The notes: generated by a model not told the origin, from the letters alone. Counted from the first letter of the stretch, positions 1-13,009 are shown. The stretch is 64,000 nt of DNA from Balanoglossus misakiensis (GCA_040954595.2 CM082579.2:2782345-2846344), one strand, 5' to 3'. Made by a program: numbers and translations.

Positions 1-1018
1 GCCTAGAGACCACTGAAATGTCAGTGTGTCGATCCTTAGTGGGGCTTAATGAGGTAAAATCTTTTTACGAACAAATCGTCCGGTAAATTACTTGATGTGT
101 TTCGAAGCGGGACAGACAAATTGCGTGATAATGGCACAGTTTTACACGTCTCGCGTCGCAGGTGTTCTGTTTACTCACCACTATTTCGTAAACGTACGCG
201 TGAAACAAAGTTCCTGTTACTGGAATTCACTAATTGGATTCATCATTTTCATTGCAAACTTTCATAAATCTGTATATTACTCTGTATTAATGGTCGTTGA
301 GAAATGTCAGACGGAAAGTACATTTTGTGAGAACCTACTGAATCATCGTCAAGGCGATGTATAAATAATAATTTGAATCTGGGCGTTCACCGTGTAAACA
401 TGGAGGATCCGGTGATCCAACAGTCTAAGAGTAAGTGGAGTGGACGCTATTCACATCGAAAGTAATTTTTATTCTGATTTATCAGCACGAAGCTGATTAA
501 CGTGGCCAGATGCTGACACTTATCAAATTTCAGATCATAAGCTTGTTTGAAAAGGATAAATTCATCTAGCGTTATCAAACATGAGCAGCCCATTATTTGT
601 ATGATGCTTATTTCGAGTTATTTTGGGGTTACTCAGTATCGTTTTTGAATAGAGTAGTTTGTGTAATTTGCTATCGTGACCAAATTTCATAATTGCAACT
701 GCGTTATCGTTAGTTCCTACAATTTCATCGGGGGAAGTATACAAACAAAAACTATGGTGCGTCACGAGGAACTGAGATAAAAATACAAGTGAATAGTACC
801 ATTTACAGCAGAACCTTTGTGAGTTTTATTAATATATCATAATATGAGCCCAATTTTATGCCAAGTAATATAATGCCAACCAATCATATAAATGTAGCCT
901 GCCACAGCGATGGTGCATATATCAGCAGCATGTTGTTCGACCGAGACCACACTAGCATACACAGTGTTTTGTTTGCGTCTAATAACGAATTTCACCAAAA
1001 ACAAGTTTTACAACTCAC

Positions 1019-1067
1019 CACTGATTAAATCATAGCATTCCCCTCGCCAGGAATTAATATTCCAGGC
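1019..1067 (-). other. Putative non-coding 5' exon of a gene continuing off the left edge of the window
   Basis: On the minus strand: acceptor tgttgcttataag| before 1067 and donor CAGTG|GTGAGT after 1019. No sustained ORF. A 62-nt intron (1068-1129) would separate it from the upstream candidate exon. Confidence 0.35.
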
Positions 1068-1129
1068 CTTATAAGCAACATATACAAACATAAACTTCAT
1101 TCGAAAAATCGTAAGATGTTTCCTCTCAC

Positions 1130-1290
1130 CTGTAAGTATACTGAAGCTATCCGGGATTAAACGCTCCCAACGATTTGAAGGTCCAAGACTTGGCTCTCTA
1201 ACTGTAACACTCTCTCTGTTGGAGTCAGCTCATACCCGGGGTAAATAAATAGCAAGGTCACGTGATTGATCATATATGTGACGTCAGTGA
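1130..1290 (-). promoter_or_regulatory. Putative promoter and first non-coding exon of a leftward gene
   Basis: Donor ACAG|GTGAGA after 1130. TATA-like TATTTATTTA on the minus strand at ~1243-1252, E-box CACGTG at ~1259-1264 and a perfect CRE TGACGTCA at 1279-1286. Motif-level evidence only. Confidence 0.35.
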
Positions 1291-4200
1291 AATTCATTAA
1301 AAAGCGAGACCTTAATCCATCTTGCTTTTATTTTCATCGTTTTTCATGTGTAAATATGATTTTCCGAAAGACAAATTAAACACTAGCCGCTCTGTATGTA
1401 ACTTTTAAAGGTATCTAAATAAAACGTGTGTGTAATAGGTATTGCCTATAAATTTGCTGGTACCATTTTCCCTCGCGTGTCCACACTAGTTTGTGGACAA
1501 TGTTGGCGTGGTAAAAGTGACAATATCACGATATTAAAAAAAATGTCGGGGGAAATTGCTTTCTCTTTTCTCTGTTGTCCTCTTATTAAACGATCGATGT
1601 TCAGTATAGTACTGTGTACAGAATTTGGAACGTATTGGAATCGACGCTATGCAGTGCGTCATGGTTTCAACGTTTCGCACAGAGAAGAGAAATTAAGAAT
1701 TATTATATTTCTGTAAATACGTCAAAAGGCAATCGTTGCTTAAACACTGTCACATTGTCTGGCGCGATCAATCAAGTTGATTCGCGAATGCTGTTGCAAT
1801 GGCGTGTTCCAGCGGTAGTGTACATACATTTGTCACATTCGACTGTTTGGCATTAATAAATTGCACTTGGGGTGGAGGGGGACTAAAGAAATCAGCTCCA
1901 ATTACCAACAAGAGTCATAGTCCGCGCTTTATTTATCAAGCCACTATATGCTAGTTTCTGACTCCTAGATCACAGAAGTGTAATGTAAAGCCAGGGATAT
2001 TACGATGAACGGCAAATGCACCATGATCTCCCATTGATGTCACGCACACATTAAATGATAAAAAACTCGCAAAGAAATGCCGATATTTTGCAGGATAATG
2101 TGATTTTTTAAATTTACGATGAGCAATCTTTTTGTAGTGCATGCCGCACTTACACAGATAACATTTACCAGGTAAAATTACGAGTTTTTCGGAAAGATGT
2201 ACCATTTATTTCCCCTCCGCAGTCTATGATTGATTTGGAAAAATCCTGGACACGTGTTTTATAAAATATTACACTGGGACATGGATTAATCTGAGCTGGC
2301 ATTTTCATTCTGAAAGGTGACATATATTCTTGAGTAAATATCTTGAGAGCGTGGTATTTGCCATGTTGTCCAGGGAACGGCGAGAAAAAACTACCGGATT
2401 CTTGAATAATATTTTTGATAATGAGATCAATCCTGCGGTCTTTCTGGCGGATGTCAGAGTTTAATTTGCTCGTTATAAAGCCTGCCATAGCTGACAATCA
2501 AATTCTGTCTGACAGAGTGATGGAAAGAATAATAGGTTGACAGATTCATTTGTAGTGTCATAAATTTCGTAATGTTATTTGCAGTCTGCATCGCCCAGGG
2601 ACTTTAAGTAAACCTTGCAATTAATACCTCATAAGTGTCAAAAGCCTTTACTTTCTTTAAGTTTCATTATACCTATGCCCCGAAAATCAATTCAATATGG
2701 TTAAGACCAATTGAGTGGAAATAAGTAGAAATTTCGCCATATATTTTTGTCCCATGGTAATTTGTCAATTGCTGATATAGTAGATTGTAATTAAAATCAA
2801 TAATTTTGATTGAGTGTTGTTTGAAGACGTATCGATTTCACAGCCCCTATAGGGAGATTTCTGTATCACCATCTTTAATATGGCATAATTTTCGATATGC
2901 GGCGTTTTAACTCGCCAAAACAATGATTTGGCAATGAAGTGGGTTTAATTTGCTCGTAACTGGCAAAGATACCACGTGACTTCAAAGAAAAGATGGCTTG
3001 GCAAATATCCAGGAAGTATTTCTTGAGATCGCTACACCAGTTCCCCACGGCACTTTTCTTTATATCCTGTTGATGTTAGATTACATGTGCGCACTTTAAT
3101 TTCCCTCTCGTTTATTTTTTTTCAAGAAAGATGATTGAAATTTGAAAATAGGAAAGCTCCCACAAGAAACGTCTGTTATTCTCCCTAAAGAAACACAATC
3201 ATTATGAATAAATTGGCGTCATATCGATATGGTATATGACGTCACAGATGGCATGTTCTCTCAAGTTCGTTAACCTCAACTGCACAAGCGGCAAAATTGA
3301 GGAGCTTAAAGAAATTACTTTTTGTGTCAATTTATTATCAACTAATATCGGAATGGTAGTCGTCTATACATTAGTTGATTCGTTCATGCGTTTGCTATAC
3401 TTCATATGGCATTTCTATTTTATCAATGTTATTCGATAAAAACAACTTTAACAGCCCTTGGTATAAAAACGACGTGAATGCACGAAAAGCAACTTTTCAT
3501 TTTCACTCATGGTATTTGTGTCTGAAGACACACGGCAGGCAGCATAGCATCAGCCCGTACGCATATTTTACGTGGAGCTAAGGGGACCCTAGAATGCCAC
3601 AGGCCACGAAAACCTCTCATATCCTAACAGTGCAAAATGTCACATGATGTTATAAACCGATTTCAAGGGAAGCTTTCGAGTCTGACGTCGTATACGTTCA
3701 AAAGGAGGAATAATTTCACCGGCGACAACAAAGAGTGAATTTCCTCTCGTTGACGACCAGGCCATATTCTAAGAGAAATTCATGTAACTGTCCCATGTCG
3801 TTAACCTGTGTAAGTGCTCACGCCTTCTGTGTTGGTATTAAGGTGTAAGCAGATTTAATCGAAGCGTATTTCAGATTACTTTATTTCTCGCATTTAATTA
3901 TTAAGGATTTTACTGACCAACATGTCTCGCTTCTAAAAGTGTTCAAAATCACTTCCGATCAAACTGGAGCAATCTGTATGGATCCCTTTAAATTGACCCA
4001 TAAATTCGCGTATACCGCCCAGCCCGAGTGCTTTATGAACGCGGCTCATATTTAAGACACAGGTGCTTGGTGTCCCGAAAATCACTTCACACCGCTCAGC
4101 AATTGTCAGGCGGAGACTTCATCTTTGCACGAATCAAGAATAAATGAGTACATCGTGTGACTATGTACTAGTGCTGTCCAATTACATGAAAATGGGACAT

Positions 4201-4761
4201 AATGACACTAGCTGCCTTCCGCGATGAAAAGAGAACCATTTTGACCAATTCTGTAGAGTCGTGTGCGGAACTGTCAATTCCGTCAATAGAAAGTCGGGTA
4301 TACTTAGAGGAAACGTGGCTTGTTATCATAAAACGAGACTTGCATGCCGTATTAACCATGTAGTATAGTGGCGAAACCGTGACGCCTGGTATGCCTCTCC
4401 TGCAATCTAAACTAAGCGAGCGGTGAATACTTTTGAACTTAATATACTTGGATATTTATTCAATCATTCTTCAAGCTTACAGGTTAAAAACAGCTGTGGC
4501 AGTGTACAACATACTATGGCATATCAAAACACGTAGAAAACATATATCAAATAGTTGTATTTATCGTCACAAATTTGTATCAAAATATTTTTTCTAAAAC
4601 ATTACGTGAATATCGTATATTCACTACAGCCTTGCGGTTACATCAATCGTCTGGCATGGTTATGCAAATAGGACTAAGATTTCAACAAGCACTGAATCAA
4701 ATTGGCCGCCGCCATGTTGAAATTACGAAATTCCACTGGAATGCAAAATGCTGTCTGTTTC

Positions 4762-4897
4762 TTATAGAATATCATCAATATCAGCATAGGGTACATAAGG
4801 CAGCCTCAAATCGTCATCCTCGTCGCGAAGTATCATATACTCCTTCTGTTTCAGGCTGCAGGAGAACTTTGTCAGATAAAAATTCCCCATGATGTAT
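4762..4897 (-). CDS. Last coding exon of an uncharacterised multipass membrane protein (R|YIMGNFYLTKFSCSLKQKEYMILRDEDDDLRLPYVPYADIDDIL*)
   Basis: Pyrimidine-rich acceptor ctttctttcaatattcacag| (CAG at 4900-4898). Phase matches the upstream exon (AG|A = Arg). Open to TAA at 4764-4762. Confidence 0.8.
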
Positions 4898-5095
4898 CTG
4901 TGAATATTGAAAGAAAGTTTTCGTCAGTAAAGTTTGTATACATAAATGTGAAGTATGAGACAGAACATCATGAATAATATTTTGAAAATCCACAATAAAA
5001 ACGTGTTTTGTTATAATGTTAACTATTAAAAAACTCTTGGCTACTTTTTGCTGAATCATATCATGTGTGTGATGTAAACAAAACCAGAGATTTAC

Positions 5096-5763
5096 CTGTA
5101 AGTGCCAGCTATAACAAGAAAGAGTAAATTAATTGAGTGCCATGCTTTCTGATGGTTGTGGGCTTTCTTTTCTGAAAAGGTATAAATGTTCATGCCAACG
5201 TATATGGTATCTACCAAAACGTGGTAAAAATTGTGCATTGCCCAAGTTATCAGGATTGTCTTGTAAATGGCTGCGATTCCGGGATGGTTGTCTCGGTCCA
5301 TGTCTGAGGGCGCCCTTTTGTAGTTCAGAACGTACATGAGCAAAGTGGAGGTGACGAGTTCCACTGGTAAGACGATGTAATCGATGGCGCCCGGGCGGCC
5401 AGGATCGCTGAAGAAAACGATTAGATAGTACACTATCAGCCAGAAGACGAGAAATCCATCTTTGTAGAAGTACAGTTTCCTGATCACCATTCGCAGGGTT
5501 TCTCTGACGTTCGGAAACGCCTGTTCCAATTGCAACGACACCAGTATCCATATCACCGACACGGCCGCCGACGTTCCGGGAGAAATCGGTTCCACGAAAG
5601 CGCGGAATGGCACAAAAGTGAAGTTTTTACAGTTGGCAGTGGTCTCCCCGTCGGTGATCAAGCAACCGAAGAATATGACAGCTTGGATCAGGCTGAACGC
5701 TATTTTCAAGACAATCAGAAACCACAGCATAACCAGTATGGTTGTCCATCTCCACTTCTCCAT
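5096..5763 (-). CDS. First coding exon of an uncharacterised ~6-TM membrane protein (267 aa when joined to 4897-4762)
   Basis: 668-nt ORF with several hydrophobic 20-30 aa segments. Strong acceptor tctctttctctcccccatctttacgacag| before 5781, with an in-frame TGA between the acceptor and the ATG at 5763. Donor TACAG|GTAAAT after 5096, so the ORF-track stop at 5092 is intronic. Confidence 0.85.
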
Positions 5764-6485
5764 ATGACGTCACTGTTGCTTCTGTCGTAAAGATGGGGGA
5801 GAGAAAGAGAGATTATAACACTGAACATGTCACTGTTTCTGCAAACTTCATCGTCATTGTAATTTTAATGCTGCGGAGTATTGGAAGTTCATGTCTCCCT
5901 GTCCCGTCCAAGTTATAATTCTCAAGACTTTTATCAGCGCCCTCTACGAAGGTTACTCTGAATGCATGCGCAGTTGTGATGTGAACCCATGTGTGATTTC
6001 AGCCAGGTGTACGTGCACGTGCAGGTTTGCGCAGCTGTTCATCTTGGATTGTCATGCATTTTAACGTGTATGTAACTACAAGGAAATAGTATTACATGTA
6101 CTGATATAGTGAACATGTGGAATTAATCGCGACGTTGTGTTTGTCTGACCTTGGCTATGCATGGAGCCCGACTTTTGTAACGTCGTGCCGTCATTCAACG
6201 CACAATATTAAACTGGGAACAAACCATATCCGACAACATACAAACTACGTTAAAATGATGTCTTCAGATGAAAGACTGTTTTCAAATTTTCATAGCCAAA
6301 TTCAGTTGACACGGTGTGTATATGTTCGAGGCCCTTTGGGATATGGATGGCGCACTGCAGACGCGCACGCGCACGCGGAAGCGTTTCCCAACGTCTCGCT
6401 GGCTTTCTTTGCTTCACGGCGGTAAGATTCGGTGATGTCAAACAACAAACCCCCAAAATAAACTCGAATATCACACTGTACATAC

Positions 6486-6610
6486 CTTGTGAAGTAGACT
6501 GCTCGCCGCCGTACACACGAGGAAACGGTTGATGGATGAGTGAAACTTGCGTCAATGAACTTTGACACGGAAGGAAACATCGTACTGAACTGGTTGTGTG
6601 ACCCCGCCTA
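6486..6610 (-). promoter_or_regulatory. Putative promoter and first (5' UTR) exon of the multipass membrane protein gene
   Basis: Strong donor CAAG|GTATGT after 6486. Inr-like TCAGT at ~6587-6583. GC box GGCGGGG at 6608-6602. CpG-rich surroundings. Confidence 0.5.
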
Positions 6611-7469
6611 AGGACACGACCTATCTTGCTTTATATGGGTGTGAAATCATCGTCCCAAGACTTGTTCAGTACAGGCTGCCAAAATGTGACCGGATTTATC
6701 GTATTTAATTATTTTATCACGCAATTTATCATTATTTGCCCAATCATGATTTGTCATGGTAACCAACTCAACAAATGGAACATACACGCGCGCATATATG
6801 TATATACATACATAATCACATTTTATTTATACATTATAAAAGACACTGTGTTACTGTTCCTCACGGTCTACGAGCAGAATAACAGTTGAAAATTTTAAAT
6901 TTATTTGATATCGTGTGTTACCACGTGAAACGGGTTAAGTAATATTTAGAACCACAAATCCAGTGAATGTGTTTTTGGTCTTGCTGAAAAAGCAAGAAGT
7001 GGCTGTTGTGTAGTCACGCGATTGTGGTACAGATACGGCAAATCTGCCCAGAAGATCGATCCTTCAAAGATTGTGACAGGAAAGGGTTGAATGAACCCAG
7101 AAGAGGGTGATGGTTTTACAAGTGCTGCCGTTTACAGCTTTCATGAAATAAATTCAACGATTACTAGTATTAAGTGAAAGCTTGTTAACATGTGCATTTA
7201 TACACAAGTCTATCATGACTATAAAAATGCTGTTGATGACTACTTTCCCCACACAATTCTCGATGTGGGAGTTGGTTTAATGGTTTACACATACAAGCAT
7301 ACTTGGTATATATTTATATATGAAGGTTAAGATGGTTTTGGTATAATGATATTTTGTAGGTAGGCACTTTGTGCATTATTTATAAATGTTGTCCGAATAA
7401 GCCACTTCGTATGGTCACAATAACTGAAGGCGCGGCGTCCTCGGGTGGGCGCTGTCAGCTTGGTCTTGT

Positions 7470-7613
7470 TTACTGTATAGATGTTGTCATGGCAGCAGCT
7501 CCGCCGGGTCCGTGGCTTGTGCGTTCGATGAAGTCCAGCTCGCGGGACATCTGACACAGAACGCACGGGTAGCAACAACAGCCCGTCGTGAAACAGTCGT
7601 TCATGATCGAACC
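7470..7613 (-). CDS. PLAC8/cornifelin-family protein, last coding exon (GSIMNDCFTTGCCCYPCVLCQMSRELDFIERTSHGPGGAAAMTTSIQ*)
   Basis: Carries the PLAC8-domain C-terminal motif GSxxxDC...CCxxCxLCQxxREL. Acceptor ctgcag| at 7616-7614, phase 0. Stop TAA at 7472-7470. Confidence 0.93.
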   Translation of the reverse strand, partial: GSIMNDCFTTGCCCYPCVLCQMSRELDFIERTSHGPGGAAAMTTSIQ

Positions 7614-7834
7614 CTGCAGGTATAATCGGACGAAAAAACGAAGATTTAAATAATCGCAAATAACTTCCACCTAAACAAGCAGCTTCTGCAAAACAACGAT
7701 GGTGGCTTAAGCCAAAAAGTACAAGGAGTGCTTGAGAGATGTTTATTCCCTCTCTCTGAAAATCAGACGACCCCTGAAGGGTAATTCCAAGTTGCACGAA
7801 ATGACTACAGATGGTGTAATGTTGGGATACTTGC

Positions 7835-7974
7835 ATGGATGTTATGCTGGGTTCTGATCTTGGTCCTCAAGACGAGAGCAGAGTTGAAGATGCAACACGG
7901 GCCACAGGGGCTCTCGTCTGCACGATTCCACAAATGCATCTCGTAGCACAGGGGGAAGAATGTCACCAAACAGC
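7835..7974 (-). CDS. PLAC8/cornifelin-family protein, coding exon 3 (C|CLVTFFPLCYEMHLWNRADESPCGPCCIFNSALVLRTKIRTQHNIH)
   Basis: PLAC8 core with the LRTKIRxxHNI motif. Acceptor ctttcattcgcag| at 7977-7975, phase 1. Ends at a GC donor CAT|GCAAGT, which is required to keep frame with the last exon. Confidence 0.9.
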
Positions 7975-8151
7975 CTGCGAATGAAAGATGCTTCAGTCAA
8001 TATTTTTGTATAGGTGTACTCCCCCGATGAAGGTTCTTTTTTATACTTTCATGTGCCTTGTTGCATTCTAAAAGCGCCATTGCAGAATTCAGGAGCGATC
8101 TTGTCGAATGAGGTATCGTTCTCTCGAACTGCCAGTTACTGCATCTTCATC

Positions 8152-8199
8152 TGTTGTCGTGGTGATTGTGGTGGTAGTCGTCGTCGATGATGATGATGA

Positions 8200-8230
<31 letters not shown>
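8152..8230. repeat. Compound trinucleotide microsatellite: (GTC/GTG)n, (GAT)5, (GTT)10
   Basis: Directly visible. Lies in an intron of the PLAC8-family gene. Confidence 0.95.
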
Positions 8231-8397
8231 CTAACTGACGTGTGTTTTAATACAAAAAACTTATCACTGACAATGGTTAGAATATACTCGGTAATCATTA
8301 CAACTTCACCACGCCAAGCCACGCCATCATGCCACGCCCCACCCCCACACAGTGTTACACAAATTAATCTCACGAGAACTTGATATATATTACTCAC

Positions 8398-8515
8398 AGC
8401 TGGTCATATCATTGAAGCATGCGCACAGTTCACTAGACCACGCACGAGGTCCTTGTTGTTGGGCGGGCGCAGGCTGCTGAATGACAACCGTTGTGTTATG
8501 TTGGGTTGACGATAC
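8398..8515 (-). CDS. PLAC8/cornifelin-family protein, coding exon 2 (VSSTQHNTTVVIQQPAPAQQQGPRAWSSELCACFNDMTS)
   Basis: VVIQQP...WSSxLCxCFxD is the typical PLAC8/cornifelin N-terminal signature. Acceptor CAG at 8518-8516; donor T|GTGAGT after 8398. Confidence 0.93.
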
Positions 8516-9370
8516 CTGATTGAATTTAAGTTTTAATAAAAAGATTGAGAAAGAAAATAAAGACTGAGGAAAAAATACATGAAAGTGACGAACCTTCGAC
8601 GAATAGATGAAAAATAATTCCCGCCCAAAATTAACGTAAACAGCAGTCATGAGTAGTTTTGCTTACTTTCGTTTTGTGAATGCAGTAGGCCTACGCAATA
8701 TAGTTATTTGAAAGCATCGGGCTTACTAATTTACATGTGTATAGCTAAGCGCTTTCCGCGTGGGCTATGTAATGTATTGATTTCACTTCTAGTATTCCGA
8801 AATATAGCATAACCTTTGAGATTCCCACATTTTAAAACACAAATTTTTTCGTTAACAATAGCCAAACCCTCAACGATTGTGCAAGTCTTTGAAAGTCTTT
8901 TGAAAAAACTCACGAATCAGGCTTGGCATCTTTCATAGTTTTTCTATCAATCATAAATATCGACGCTGTCCAAAAGACGATCTGAATTTACATCTACTTT
9001 TTCTCGGTAACGATAGCATGTTTTAGTTCTTGGTACGGAGTGGTTTTGACTGTAAACATATATCACGACTTGCCTTTTATAGTTGTGTCAATACCTAGAA
9101 TTTATAGATGTTGACATAAGTAACTGGCGCACCAATAAATATAACACGAACAAACAATGGCCTTAGAATTGTTTTAGGTCAAGAAATGAAAAGAAACGAT
9201 TCTGTATTTTAAAGTTTACGAGACCTGTTATCATAAAACTCGCACAAGTATGCTGGTGATTATACTGTTGGTTGGTTAAAACTGCCACTGTAATAATCAT
9301 TTGCACATGCATATTATATACAGCCAATAGTTGACAAAATCTTTGACATTGAAAAAATTGCTGTACTTAC

Positions 9371-9457
9371 AGGTTGTTGTTGTACCGGTGGTTGGTACTG
9401 TACCGGTGGTGGGTCGTACATAGGAGTATCGAACTGGTTAAACTGTTTGGGATCCAT
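9371..9457 (-). CDS. PLAC8/cornifelin-family protein, first coding exon (MDPKQFNQFDTPMYDPPPVQYQPPVQQQP)
   Basis: Acceptor ttttttag| before 9463. Kozak ACCATGG with the ATG at 9457. 29 P/Q/Y-rich codons. Donor CCT|GTAAGT after 9371, phase 0 matching the next exon. Confidence 0.85.
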
Positions 9458-12400
9458 GGTGACCTAAAAAAACAAATTCGAAGTGGTTGAGATGTTCGTC
9501 GACTGGCACAATGTACCTGTAGGATTTTTAAAACGAAGCGAATTCCTGTTCTATCTCTAAAGTTGCAAGCACGCTAGTAAATATCATATAAGAGGCCACT
9601 TCACGCTCACTAAAATTTTATTTCTTTTTCGCATTTCGCACCCGTAAAGAATGTTTATCTCACTGCAAAAACTTTTCTGTCGCCAATTGCATCAGCGTAA
9701 GGGGACAAACTCAATTCGACGCCATAATGTGCTACATGTATTAGAATGAAAGTAGGAATTTCTAATGAGCCTCTGGTGGTAGAAACTCGAGAAGTTTATT
9801 TGCGGGGGAGACCGAGGACATTTGACACCACCAGCAATCAGTATGCAAGTGGTGAAGTCAGCGAATGTTAGGAAACCAGACATGTATACCCTGCACCACA
9901 AGGCTTTGTCCGGGCGTTGACTTCATCTACGCCCTATTTTTAAAATAATGCAGTATTAACTCTGATGCAGTCGGTTTGAGTGCGATTTCGACGTTTATAT
10001 GACAACAGGCAGGAAAGCAGGGGGGGGGGGGGTTCACACACACTAAAAATGAATGCTTTGTTACTGGGACACTGTGACCCAAATGCGTTGTGTATAAGTA
10101 TACACAATGCCTGTGAAATAACCCAGACAACCTTGCCTCAAAGTACATGTAGGTCGGTCACTGGGCAAACGTCCTTTTCAAAATGAAAGCTGTAATAAAC
10201 CTTGTGTTACATGCAAAACAGCATCTCTTTCTCGTTTCACGGCTATTCGAAACAGATGTGCCATGCAAAACAGTGCTGCCCTACTTTAAGAAAGTCACTT
10301 CAACTACCGAGTCTGAGAGTGCTCCTCCAACTTCTGAGATTTATGTGTGGAAGTAGACTACACTTTCCAGCGAGCCGAGAAAAACCTGCGTCACGCAAAA
10401 TGGTGTTATCGTTTGGACTTCCGAATTCCGAGAACGTTTCTCATCCAGTGCGTTCGAACATCATCAGAAATATAAAGCGAGTTGTGACAATATACCTGTT
10501 AGTAGATCTTGAGTGAGACGTTACCCCGTCTGAACTTGAAATGACCGCAGTAAGACTCGGTACCTTTTATGCCAGGGGTTTTCAACGACGGGGCAGCTTT
10601 CTCTTCAAATATATTCATCGAAACACATACGTCACATAAATTTAACCAATGAGGTGGTGTGTTTTTAAACGATATACCCGCCAAACCTATTAATATGACT
10701 TTCAGTGCTCTAGAGCCTCGCCTTAAAAGCAAGCATGCGCAGCGTACTTATACCTGAAGAGCCATAAATACATCCATACATGCCGCACATTGTTTGTGCG
10801 GGTAAATAACTGACTAATGTAACTGCGTGTATATCCCAGCTCCTGGAAGTTTGACGTACAATCAATCTGATGAACTTAAAAGTAATGGCGATGTCTTTTA
10901 CTTACGCAGTATTCTCTGTAGTATGAGGCGACAGCATAAGAGAATATCGCGAAGTAAAATACGTCGTCGTTCTCTACATTTACATTTTAATCAGATTGAC
11001 GTACAATAAACTTTATAGCGTAGATTACTCTCTGGTTCCCGGCCCTCTGCGGTAGAAATGTGGTCGGAACCGTACCTCTCTTTGGATGGCGCCATCACGC
11101 GACAAACATTTTCGTTACTGGTGATATCTTACTAGTAGTTTGCCTCACGATTTTACGTATGCAAGGGAACTGATTTTGGCGAATCGCGCTGCTAAAACTT
11201 TTAGTTTCACTCAAGGTTAATAATAAATTAAAGGAAAGGCATCTCCTTCCTGTCTTTTCCTTTCCTTTGTGCCGAAACAACTTTACACGTTTGTCTAAAC
11301 TTTATTGTTGTTGTAAAGCAAAGTGATTTTCATTGTGTAATATCGCAGGAGCCTTTTCCCTGCTCTTCCTCCGGCCGGATATATCGTTCATATATCGTTG
11401 ATAATCAAGCGAAGCCCCCGCGTTTTTTCTATGTGCTTTATTTCGTCCTAGTTTCCTCTGACCTTAACTTAAAACAATGTATGTCTATCCATGTATGCGC
11501 TGGTCCACGCTTTGACCATTCAAACGTCTATAACTGACGCGGAAGTAGTGTATAGAAGAGTCTCCTGAGACTCGTACACCGTCTCAGCAAAATGGCATCA
11601 CAATAGAGAGTGCAGCAATGACGCATGTCTCCTACTGAAAATGGTCACTCAGCGTGTAAACTATTAGAGATGTGACCACGCATGTTAGTTTTAGCCCATT
11701 GACTTGGGAATACTGATCGATCATTTGAAGGCCAAATAAAAGCACAGTACCCACATCACTCATTCTGCTCATGCGAGTGTAATTACCCAAGAAAGCGTCG
11801 CAAAAAGTTACAGGTTCCGTAATCTAGCCCAGCTATTCTTGATTTCTGAACAGCTGTGCGTTTCGAATTAAAAGTACATGTAATTGAATTGTTAATACAC
11901 CAAAGCGGACCATTCCAAATCAAACACATCAGATATTCAATCTTATTTAATCGCCTCAGACGATATCAGGCCAAACAGGTGCACATTTAATCAAAACTAT
12001 TGTACGTGTGATGCGATCGAGTCTTACATAATAATTCCTCGATGTCTCCGTCGAAATTCCGTTTGGTTAGTCAAGGTCGGTTGCTCCAAGTTTGATATTA
12101 CTGATCTCCATGGCGACCCACGAATCGCCTTCTGGTGTATTGAACCTGTTGAAATTATGTTTGCACCTGTACATCAATGTCTACGCCATCTTGGCCAATC
12201 ACGATGCTTGCTTCATGGAAAAGAACGTCCAATCACATGTGGTCCAATTCAGGTCACCAGGTGCTTGGAACTATAGTACTAGGTTCAGATTCGCTTTCTC
12301 CGATGGTTCGAGCAAGAGACGTTAGAAGCCAAAGAAAACACCCTTGCTCTTGAAGTAGACCAAGATCAATGTTTCCATGGGCGTCATGTCGGTTATCGCA

Positions 12401-13009
12401 AGAAATCAACGACGACCCGTCAATTCATCCGCCATTTTTCTGAGTTAATTTTGGCATTTCTTTCATTTCTTTCAACAGGTGCCATGATTTAGGCAGCGGT
12501 AGTGTGTGAAATGACCCGCTCGGCCGTCGTCACAGACCGTTGCCATAACACAATACCTGTTAAATTGGCGACAGTCTGGTCTGAAAGCCACGGCATCAGT
12601 CTTGTGTCTGCCCCGGATGTTCCAGTAGAGGCGAAGCTGCCGACACCAGTGTTTTCCTTAGCCACGTCATTCGGTGGCAAACTGCGTGTCTATAACAACA
12701 CAAGGACGGGATCGGCGCCCCGCAGTGTACTCAAACTAGACTCCACGTCTCGATGTCTTTATCTGGTGTCAACTAATCAAACGCTAGCTAAAATTGATTT
12801 TAAATTGATTTTAAAATATTTAAAATGCCAATGGTGATGGCGTTCTCAAAACACATTCTTTCGATGCAAGCAGAGTGGTGGCGTTTAATAGAAATTTGTT
12901 GAAGACGACGTCAGACTGGTTTATTCATTGGAAGTGCCCCCGGGGGCTCGACAATCTCATCGTCGTGCACATCGCCCTGTGAACCAAGACCGAAGTGACT
13001 GCAATCTTT

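Noticed and set aside
1951-2497. Two adjacent minus-strand ORFs (84 and 110 aa)
   Set aside because: No recognisable domain and no convincing splice signals; lengths are within chance expectation.
5129-5790. Alternative-frame and antisense ORFs over the membrane-protein exon
   Set aside because: Shadows of a real coding exon with no independent support.
7327-7836. 169-aa minus-strand ORF across the last PLAC8 intron and exon
   Set aside because: Wrong frame relative to the conserved PLAC8 motif and runs through intron sequence.
8089-8397. Poly-Thr and poly-Val ORFs
   Set aside because: Artefacts of the intronic GTT/GAT microsatellite.
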